DNA of 64,000 nucleotides from Convolutriloba macropyga (Eukaryota): NCBI RefSeq assembly GCF_964194025.1, contig NC_134477.1, positions 14,570,001 to 14,634,000 of the forward strand, read 5' to 3'. Shown piece by piece: positions 12,313 to 20,625 of this stretch (position 1 is its first letter; each line of letters starts with the position of its first letter). The notes under the pieces were generated by a model. It saw only the letters and a program-made list of their open reading frames with translations, ran no database searches and was not told where the DNA came from. The position numbers and the translations under genes were made by a program.

Positions 12313-12783
12313 TTGTTGAGCTGCAGTTTGGTAAGTGAAAAAAGACTTGGCATGCGTTTTGATCAACCAGTTCTTTGTAGAAACTGTTTGGAAAACATTC
12401 ACGACAAATACTTATCTATTTCTACATCTTATTCTGAAAAATCAGTAAGATTAAACTATTTCCTGGCAGCAAGTGAACATTTTAGTGATTTGGACTGCTT
12501 TGATGATGATATTGCACTAAAGTTGCGTCCATATGGAGGTCTAATTGTCATCGACAATTCATCTCTCGACAAGTATCTAAAAGTATCAAAAATATTAAGT
12601 TTGCACGCTATTTTACACGACGCAGGTGGTTTCATATACGAAATATATAACCAAGGACCTGGTTATTTCTTTATCCTTCCGTGGAAAAGCAGCAACTGTT
12701 TTAGCGGGCATTTGTCGGGAATATTATTTTGCTTATATATAAAGACTTTTCATCCGTCAATTTTTCAATTATTGGAATGCTAA
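12313..12783 (+). CDS. Putative phospholipase A2-like (PLA2X-type) Maverick protein, 5' end degenerate
   Basis: LHAILHDAGGFIY contains a PLA2-like His-Asp dyad, and PLA2-like genes are known in adintoviruses. A possible upstream ATG at 12231 is out of frame. Confidence 0.5.
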   Translation: MLSCSLVSEKRLGMRFDQPVLCRNCLENIHDKYLSISTSYSEKSVRLNYFLAASEHFSDLDCFDDDIALKLRPYGGLIVIDNSSLDKYLKVSKILSLHAILHDAGGFIYEIYNQGPGYFFILPWKSSNCFSGHLSGILFCLYIKTFHPSIFQLLEC

Positions 12784-12791
12784 GCAAGAAA

Positions 12792-13270
12792 ATGGTTGTG
12801 TTAGACGTTGAAGGATTTCATCACAGAAAAGAAAAATTTATTGTTAAAGAGTTTGGAATTTGTACTGAAGACTACCTTGACTAGGTGTCATTTTTACCAC
12901 CAACAAGTTATAGTGAGTTAACAACTCAACAAAAGCAATTTTTCAGTTGGTTGAGTAGAAATTTGCACGGTACTGATTGGGACATAGGAAATTATCCTTA
13001 TATTTATCTAACACAAATAATTCATAGCGTTCGCTTGCGGAATTATGGTGCAATATTCTACGCTAAAGGAGCAGAAAAAGTTAAGTTTTTGTCAGAATTG
13101 CTTGAATGCCCTGTTATTGATCTGAATTCACTTGAGTGTCCTTCGATATCTGGAACTATTTTACACAAAATTGTCAAAATCATTCAAATTGCAAAAACAT
13201 TTTCAACAAACATTGTGCAGAAGAAAAAGCAATTTTCTATTTCAGCTGGTTAACCAATGAGAGAGGAATT
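12792..13270 (+). pseudogene. Polinton-type DEDD(h)-like 3'-5' exonuclease, with premature stop and frameshift
   Basis: MVVLDVEGF...FIVKEFG...(TAG 12882)...FLPP...WLSRNLHGTDWDIGNYPY...YAKGAEKVKFL...IDLNSLECP, then a shifted frame giving CQNH...HCAEEKA. Confidence 0.75.
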
Positions 13271-13580
13271 CACGAAAGTGGAGGCACCGTTGTCACCGAG
13301 TTCAACAATTTGTGCCTTGATTACGGGGGACGGGAATCTGAGTCTTTCAATTTCCAAAGACGAAACCATGAAAACCGGAAACCAGATTTTACCGAGAAAA
13401 GTTAAATTGTTGCTGACTGAGGACAAAATTCGCTCATTCACTCATTTAGTATATTATAATGAACCTTTTCTTCAGTGGAGAAAGCAGAATGTCAAAAAAT
13501 CAACCCATGGTCTGTCCTCAGAAACTCTTACTGATGTCGGAGCATTGCATTCAAATCTAGAAAAAGAATCACAAACTTGA
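13257..13580 (+). CDS. Hypothetical Maverick ORF, 3' part probably rearranged
   Basis: ATG-initiated 107-aa ORF between the exonuclease and integrase. No recognised motif, and it runs into the duplicated unit. Confidence 0.3.
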   Translation: MREEFTKVEAPLSPSSTICALITGDGNLSLSISKDETMKTGNQILPRKVKLLLTEDKIRSFTHLVYYNEPFLQWRKQNVKKSTHGLSSETLTDVGALHSNLEKESQT

Positions 13581-14275
13581 AACCAAGTAAAGTGAAATTG
13601 TTCCTAGAGGGCAAAATGCCCACACAAAGCATAAAAAATATAGAATAAAGTTTCCAACACTGAAGGTTATTGCCTACGATATAAACGAAATTTGGTCGCT
13701 AGACTTGGCTCATGTGGATAAATTAGCAAAAGAGAAGAAAGATGTAAAATATTTATTGGTTGCGGTGGACGGTCTCTCACGTTATCTACGAGTCCCTTAA
13801 AATCAAAGTACGCCACAACAACAGCAGATGCGTTTAAGAAAATGATAAGGAACAAGCGACCTGAAAAAGTGTGGGTAGATGCTGGTACAGAATTTAAGGG
13901 CTCTTTCAGCACTCTCTGCCAGAAAAAAGAAATCGAAGTTTTTGCCAGAAAAATGAAATCGAAGTTTGGCGTACTTTGTCTGTAGGGAAGCAACTAATTT
14001 TTATTAACGTTAACATTATTGAGCATCAATACGTATTTGATACCAAAGCACCTCTTATTCGAGTCATTGACTCAAAACAACGACCGAAAAACGGTAGCCC
14101 CTGCGAAATAGAGCCAACACACAGAATTGTTTTCAGCAACTTGGAATACAAAAAGTTACTATCAAAAAATTTTCAGTCAATTGAAATTCAATTGCGGACA
14201 GAAACTGGAGAATTAGTTCGATTCGCTGGAACAAGAAAAGTTATTTTGACTTTAAATTTAAAAAAATTCGACTAA

Positions 14276-14509
14276 ATGGAAGCCTACTATCATCAGCAAT
14301 CGGTGTCACCATACTTTTCAGGACACTATCGTCAACGAGGAAGTGGTTTTGGGGCTTTAGCAGCAGGTATTGGCAGAGCGGCATTACCGATTGCAAGAAA
14401 ATTTCTTTGGCCTGTAGCCAAAAAGATTGGACGTGAATTAATTGTTCAAGCAGCTCCTGAGCTGGTAGAGGTTGTTACAAAGAAAAAGTCTCCAAAACAA
14501 GCATTATAA
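14276..14509 (+). CDS. Cupiennin-like amphipathic core/membrane-lytic protein, duplicate copy 1
   Basis: RQRGSGFGALAAGIGRAALPIARKFLWPVAKKIG, same as 17527 apart from one residue. Confidence 0.7.
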   Translation: MEAYYHQQSVSPYFSGHYRQRGSGFGALAAGIGRAALPIARKFLWPVAKKIGRELIVQAAPELVEVVTKKKSPKQAL

Positions 14510-15400
14510 TCAACTGTGCAAAAAACTGTAAGAAAAAGAAACTCTTACTGATGTTGGAGCATTCACTCATTTAGTGTATTATAATGAACCTTTTCTTCAG
14601 TGGAGAAAGCAGAATGTCAAAAAATCAACCCATGGTCTGTCCTCAGAAACTCTTACTGATGTCGGAGCATTGCATTCAAATCTAGAAAAAGAATCACAAA
14701 TTTGAAACCAAGTAAAGTGAAATTGTTCCTAGAGGGCAAAATGCCCACACAAAGCATAAAAAATATAGAATAAAGTTTCCAACACTGAAGGTTATTGCCT
14801 ACGATACAAACGAAATTTGGTCGCTAGACTTGGCTCATGTGGATAAATTAGCAAAAGAGAAGAAAGATGTAAAATATTTATTGGTTGCGGTGGACGGTCT
14901 CTCACGTTATCTACGAGTCCCTTAAAATCAAAGTACGCCACAACAACAGCAGATGCGTTTAAGAAAATGATAAGGAACAAGCGACCTGAAAAAGTGTGGG
15001 TAGATGCTGGTACAGAATTTAAGGGCTCTTTCAGCACTCTCTGCCAGAAAAAAGAAATCGAAGTTTTTGCCAGAAAAATGAAATCGAAGTTTGGCGTACT
15101 TTGTCTGTAGGGAAGCAACTAATTTTTATTAACGTTAACATTATTGAGCATCAATACGTATTTGATACCAAAGCACCTCTTATTCGAGTCATTGACTCAA
15201 AACAACGACCGAAAAACGGTAGCCCCTGCGAAATAGAGCCAACACACAGAATTGTTTTCAGCAACTTGGAATACAAAAAGTTACTATCAAAAAATTTTCA
15301 GTCAATTGAAATTCAATTGCGGACAGAAACTGGAGAATTAGTTCGATTCGCTGGAACAAGAAAAGTTATTTTGACTTTAAATTTAAAAAAATTCGACTAA

Positions 15401-15634
15401 ATGGAAGCCTACTATCATCAGCAATCGGTGTCACCATACTTTTCAGGACACTATCGTCAACGAGGAAGTGGTTTTGGGGCTTTAGCAGCAGGTATTGGCA
15501 GAGCGGCATTACCGATTGCAAGAAAATTTCTTTGGCCTGTAGCCAAAAAGATTGGACGTGAATTAATTGTTCAAGCAGCTCCTGAGCTGGTAGAGGTTGT
15601 TACAAAGAAAAAGTCTCCAAAACAAGCATTATAA
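15401..15634 (+). CDS. Cupiennin-like amphipathic core/membrane-lytic protein, duplicate copy 2
   Basis: Identical translation to 14276-14509. Confidence 0.7.
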   Translation: MEAYYHQQSVSPYFSGHYRQRGSGFGALAAGIGRAALPIARKFLWPVAKKIGRELIVQAAPELVEVVTKKKSPKQAL

Positions 15635-15799
15635 TCAAGTGTGCAAAAAACTGTAAGAAAAAGAAACTCTTACTGATGTTGGAGCATTCACTCATTTAGT
15701 GTATTATATTGAACCTTTTCTTCAGTGGAGAAAGCAGAATGTCAAAAAATCAACCCATGGTCTGTCCTCCGAAACTCTTACTGATATCGCAGCATTGCA

Positions 15800-16674
15800 T
15801 TCAAATCTAGAAAAAGAATCACAAACTTGAAACCAAGTATATTGAAATTGTTCCTAGAGGGCAAAAATGCCCACACAAAGCATAAAAAATATAGAATAAA
15901 GTTTCCAACACTGAAGGTTATTGCCTACGATACAAACGAAATTTGGTCGCTAGACTTGGCTCATGTGGATAAATTAGCAAAAGAGAAGAAAGATGTAAAA
16001 TATTTATTGGTTGCGGTGGAAGGTCTCTCACGTTATCTACGAGTCCCTTAAAATCAAAGTACGCCACAACAACAGCAGATGCGTTTAAGAAAATGATAAG
16101 GAACAAGCGACCTAAAAAAGTGTGGGTAGATGCTGGTGCAGAATTTAAGGGCTCTTTCAGCACTCTCTGCCAGAAAATTGAAATCGAAGTTTATAAAACT
16201 TTCAGCGAGAAAAAATAAGCATTTGCGGAAAAAAATATACGATCCCTCAAGAATTTGATATACAAGTATTTAGAGGACAAATGGACATACTCGTATATTA
16301 ATAAATTGCAGAGCTTTGTACAAACCATTAATTCTAGAGTCAACAGAGTAACGAAATTGGCGCCGAATAAAGTGACAAAGAAAGACGTTCCTTACTTGAT
16401 ATTATTAATTTTTAATGATTCAGCAAATCTAGTTCGCCGACCACAGTTTTACGTTGGGGACTTTGTGCGAATATCAAAGGCGGATCTTCCTTTTAGAAAA
16501 GGATACAAGCAAACATTCACCAACGAAGTTTTTGAGAATTACGATATACCTACAACAAATCCCCCTACTTATAGTCTCATTGACGCATCCCCAGAGCCAG
16601 TCAAGGGAAAATTTTTTGAATTAGAGTTGGTCAAAGTTAGAGACAACAGTAGTGAAATAACAAAACATGAATGA
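15800..16674 (+). pseudogene. Maverick retroviral-like (rve/c-)integrase, frameshifted
   Basis: AHTKHK, IWSLDLA (D), YLLVAVEGLSRY, PLKSK, VWVDAGAEF (D), AFAEKNIRSLK (E), INSRVNRVTKLAP, FYVGDFVRISK...FRKGYKQTFTNEVF...PPTY...GKFFELEL. Frameshifts near 16045 and 16215. Confidence 0.93.
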
Positions 16675-17526
16675 ATTCACTTGGTTTCATCAGCCTCTAT
16701 GAATATTTTTTTTCCTCAAAACACCTTGTCCTCATTCAAAAATTATTTCATTGAAGAAAATAAATTGGAGGGGGATTGGCGAGTTGCACTGAGTGAAATT
16801 TTCATCCCGGCAAGAATAAATCAAGTGAACAAAAGTGATTTAAAGATATTTTCTTTTGGAAGCCTTAAGTTTTATGAGAAAAGTATTCCATTTGATGCTG
16901 TCTCCAGACCATACGGAGGAGAACAAGCTATTATTGGAACTGGCTTCTATGAAAACCGTGACCATCTTTTGAGATCCTTAAAAACAGCTACCGGGTTGCC
17001 TCGTTTTGACTATCAATTTAACAAAATCAACGGAGTTTTATACCTATTTTTTGGTAAAAACGAAGGAATTATTTTTCCGGATAACAAAATTCCAAGCATA
17101 CTAGGTTTCAACGGTATTCATGATGGGTCTGGTTATCATATTGGATACAAGATGTTGGACACTTTCGAAAATCTGACCATGGCTGATGACGAAGAAAAAA
17201 CGTTTGTTGGCGATTATCCTTTTGATTTGTCTGTAGGGAAGCAACTAATTTTTATTAACGTTAACATTATTGAGCATCAATACGTATTTGATACCAAAGC
17301 ACCTCTTATTCGAGTAATTGACTCAAAACAACGACTGAAAAACGGTAGCCCCTGCGAAATAGAGCCAACACACAGAATTGTTTTCAGCAACTTGGAATAC
17401 AAAAAGTTACTATCAAAAAATTTTCAGTCAATTGAAATTCAATATCGGACAGAAACTGGAGAATTAGTTCCATTCGCTGGAACAAGAAAAGTTATTTTGA
17501 CTTTAAATTAAAAAAAATTCGACTAA
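16668..17526 (+). CDS. Maverick minor capsid protein (penton, single jelly-roll)
   Basis: LVSSASMNIFFPQNTLSSFKNY...LEGDWRVALSEI...IFINVNIIEHQYVFDTKAPLIRVI...FQSIEIQ.RTETGELVPF...VILTL. Both ends appear slightly frameshifted. Confidence 0.85.
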
Positions 17527-17900
17527 ATGGAAGCCTACTATCATCAGCAATCGGTGTCACCATACTTTTCAGGACACTATCGTCAACGAGGAAGTGGTTT
17601 TGGGGCTTTAGCAGCAGGTATTGGCAGAGCGGCATTACCGATTGCAAGAAAATTTCTTTGGCCTGTAGCCAAAAAGATTGGACGTGAATTAATTGTTCAA
17701 GCAGCTCCTGAGCTGGTAGAGATTGTTACAAAGAAAAAGTCTCCAAAACAAGCATTATAATCGACTGTGCAAAAAACTGAAAGAAAAAGAAGACGTAAAT
17801 TAAAACGCAACGGTGAAAAGTCAAAACAAGGCATTCGTAAGAAGAAGCCTTTGAAGAGAAGTCGGTCAAATTTCTTTTCTAAAGTAAAAATGATTACTAA
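17527..17900 (+). CDS. Cupiennin-like amphipathic protein with basic C-terminal tail (virion core/membrane-lytic protein), in-frame TAA at 17758
   Basis: YYHQQ...RQRGSGFGAL amphipathic helix. The same frame continues after the stop as STVQKTERKRRRKLKR...RKKKPLKRSRSNFFSKVK. Confidence 0.72.
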
Positions 17901-19188
17901 TTTACTGCCAGCAGAGGCAACACACACCACATTTGATTTGTTTGAAAAACAGCCTCTGCTTATTACTTTTGACAATGCTTTTACCCCGGACGGTCCAATG
18001 CTTGAGTTTGAAGTTTATTTTGACAGGAACAATTTCATAGATTTACAGAAACTTCTCCTTGAAATTAAATGTAAAATTTCCCGAAAAAATGACGGCGATT
18101 TAAGAACAGGAACTGATGCTACAAATACAGACGCGCCATACTTTAGCAATAATGCGTTACATTCTTTTTTTCAGAATGCACTGTATCTGCTAACGGTGTT
18201 AAAATTTCCAATACAAACGGAAATTATGCAGACAAAGCATTCATTGAAACGGAAATTTCTTCAGGAAAAACTGCAAAAAACATGGCTAGTTTGTCAGGGA
18301 TATTATTACGAGGATGAGCCGGCTAAAATTGATGGCACCGACGGTTGCGCGGACCAAATAGCGGCCAGAAAAGCTCTTGTTGCTAATTCCCAGGAAAACT
18401 ATTTTATTGGAAAGCCGGCGAGTGATATTTTAACTTGTGATAAACACTTACTTAGTGGTGTTACTCTGCGAATTTCATTTAGAAGGTCTACAAATGATTT
18501 TGCTGTAATTTCAGAGTCAAACAAACATTACCAAGTTAGAATAATTGAAGCTAATCTCTACGTTAGAAAAATGACAATAGCGGATCGTGTTTTGACGGCA
18601 ATTGAGAAAACTCTACTAAAAACACCTGCCGTGTATCGCTATACAGAAGTATTACCAAGAACTTTTTTAGCTACAACTGGAATAAGAAGTTGGAGCCATG
18701 AGGATATTTTCTCGAAAGAACCTGTACGACGTATGGTAATTGCAATGGCAACAAATCAAGCATATCTCGGAACTAATCGCACTAATCCTTTTCACTACCA
18801 GAAATTCAATTTGAGCCAAATTGTTGTTTATCGAAATGGTCAACCTATTGTTGGAACTCCGGTCTCAACAACTTTTAACCACCGAATTTACTTCAATACT
18901 CTGGAAGCCCTGGATTTTCTTGACAAAGGCGCGCATGGCATAACTCTGGACAATTATCCCAATCACTTTATTCTAGCTTTTGATTTAACATCAATGCAAG
19001 AGGCTTCTCATGATTTCATTCATCAAGAACTTACAAATTGCTCAATTTCAGTTCAACTTACTTTTGACGGAACATTGGCAGCCAACGTAGAAATTCTATT
19101 TCAGGGTGAAAGAAGCTCAACATTTTATGTTAATTCGGAACGAAAGGTGACAAAAAACTCGATTATCACATACTCCACAGATGGATAG
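17890..19188 (+). CDS. Maverick major capsid protein (double jelly-roll, hexon-like)
   Basis: FDLFEKQP, PMLEFEV...FIDLQK, NNALHSFF, DKHLLSGVTLRISFRRS, EANLYVRK, TNPFHYQKFNL...NGQP, FILAFDLT motifs. The ORF-track N-terminus (17767-17889) belongs to the upstream basic tail. Confidence 0.92.
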   Translation: MITNLLPAEATHTTFDLFEKQPLLITFDNAFTPDGPMLEFEVYFDRNNFIDLQKLLLEIKCKISRKNDGDLRTGTDATNTDAPYFSNNALHSFFQNALYLLTVLKFPIQTEIMQTKHSLKRKFLQEKLQKTWLVCQGYYYEDEPAKIDGTDGCADQIAARKALVANSQENYFIGKPASDILTCDKHLLSGVTLRISFRRSTNDFAVISESNKHYQVRIIEANLYVRKMTIADRVLTAIEKTLLKTPAVYRYTEVLPRTFLATTGIRSWSHEDIFSKEPVRRMVIAMATNQAYLGTNRTNPFHYQKFNLSQIVVYRNGQPIVGTPVSTTFNHRIYFNTLEALDFLDKGAHGITLDNYPNHFILAFDLTSMQEASHDFIHQELTNCSISVQLTFDGTLAANVEILFQGERSSTFYVNSERKVTKNSIITYSTDG

Positions 19189-19605
19189 TGATGAAATACA
19201 CATTTTTTTTGGGAAAATGTATTCATTTGAAATATTTTTTATGGAGTTTTTGCAGCGGACAATTTCCCAAAGTTAACAGGAGAAGCATTTATCATAGTCA
19301 ATGCTTCACCGTCGCAACATGCAGGAAGTCAGTGGATGGTTCTTTTGTTTCACCAAAACAAAGCTTATTTGGCAGATCCGCTTGGAATCGCGATACAAAA
19401 CTACCAATTATTGTATTGCCGACTGTTAAATTTTTACAATGAAGTAACTCAAATACTCAAACTTAAGCCAATTCAAAATCAAAACTCAAAACCCTGTGGA
19501 CTTTTTTGCATTTATATTGCACATGTGATGTTTGGTTATGAATATCCTTTGATGTTGAATATGAACGATAATGATTTGCTACGCTTTGCTAATCATATGC
19601 TCTAA
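19181..19605 (+). pseudogene. Adenain-like cysteine protease, frameshifted, catalytic His replaced by Gln
   Basis: YGVFAADNFP...IIVNASPSQHAGSQW(normally HW)MVL...YLADPLG...IQNQNSKPCGLFCIY. Confidence 0.88.
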
Positions 19606-19667
19606 CATTTTTAATTAACTTTTTTTTGCTCAATTCTTTCTTCAAAGACGAGAGAACAAGACAATTT

Positions 19668-20267
19668 TTAATTAAAAGATTTCGATTCCATATTAAAATT
19701 TATCAAAATCAAACTATTATCAATATGCAAACAACCATAGCCACTGTTTAATATATCAAGTATTTTGGAAAGCTCACCGTACATACCACCATTATAAATA
19801 CTATAAAATCTATCAAGCGTGCAAGTAGGTAAAAAGTTGGTTTGCGTTTGAACATCCTGTGTCGTTATCATATTTACATTTGGTAACTTTTTCTTAGAAT
19901 TTGAAACAGCTAGATTGTGCTGGTTGTTGTAACTGGCTGCCTCTTGAAGTTTTTCCATCACTTCGCCATAATGCACTATGTGAGAAGACCTCCGAATGAG
20001 CAGTTGAAAACAAGTGAGGAGACATGGTATTGTATATGGTTTAGAAGAAGTATCCTTCAAGGACTGCGGTAATTGATCAACAGAAGCAAAGACATGGTAA
20101 TGAAATTGTTGTATTTTGCAATGATCTTCATTTTTGTGCTGGCTGTATGCGAAGTTTTTTGTAAGATTAGAATCAAATTGAGGCTCAATATTGCAAATAA
20201 AATATCGAAAAAGTTCTTGGAATTGTCGAAAATATTCAGGCGTACGTTCAAACATTGCTTCAACCAT
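19668..20267 (-). CDS. Maverick hypothetical protein with HUH-like (FHYHV) and TQT (DVQTQT) motifs
   Basis: Intact 199-aa ATG-initiated ORF, convergent with the protease. Confidence 0.65.
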   Translation of the reverse strand: MVEAMFERTPEYFRQFQELFRYFICNIEPQFDSNLTKNFAYSQHKNEDHCKIQQFHYHVFASVDQLPQSLKDTSSKPYTIPCLLTCFQLLIRRSSHIVHYGEVMEKLQEAASYNNQHNLAVSNSKKKLPNVNMITTQDVQTQTNFLPTCTLDRFYSIYNGGMYGELSKILDILNSGYGCLHIDNSLILINFNMESKSFN

Positions 20268-20286
20268 TTTCTTTTGCTATTTAATT

Positions 20287-20625
20287 CTAATCACTCTCTG
20301 AGAATTTTTTTGATTTTTTGAGACTGCAGCTACAACTTTGACCATTCGTTTCTAAACTGGAACCAGGCTGCAACTTCTTTTTGCCAGAGCTGCTCTGCTC
20401 GTTCGCAAATTTTGAGAGAGGAGGGATTCTTCTAATAGCATCAATATTTTCTCCCACTTGCTCCAATTCCTGTATTGAGAGAGTGAGTTTTTGGTTGAAA
20501 CGAAATTCGTTGTCTGGGTTTTCTTTTTTGAAAAGTTTCAGCGATATATAGGTTCCAGTATTATCATATGTTTTCACACAGGCAACCACATATCGTTTTT
20601 CAGAATGCGCTAAGTTTTAGAACAT
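20287..20625 (-). CDS. PC4/Sub1-like ssDNA-binding protein, 5' end disrupted at the arm boundary
   Basis: KRYVVACVKTYDNTGTYISLKLFKK...EFRFNQKLTLSIQELEQVGENIDAI parallels the PC4 pattern (RYVSVRDF...IDIREY...GISL..EQW..L...I..I). Upstream reads ATG TTC TAA. Confidence 0.6.

Larger units (their letters stand above)
13436..15690 (+). repeat. Two tandem 1125-bp chimeric units (integrase 5' part + penton 3' part + core-protein gene)
   Basis: ORF pairs 13976/15101 and 14276/15401 are offset by exactly 1125 bp with identical translations. A third, non-deleted copy follows. Confidence 0.95.

Noticed and set aside
13667-16163. Minus-strand ORFs 13667-13993, 14792-15118 and 15918-16163
   Set aside because: Antisense shadows of the integrase, repeated because of the tandem duplication.
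17767-17889. Basic N-terminal extension of the major capsid ORF in the ORF track
   Set aside because: It is in frame with, and better explained as, the tail of the upstream core protein after a premature stop. The capsid-like sequence starts at ATG 17890.
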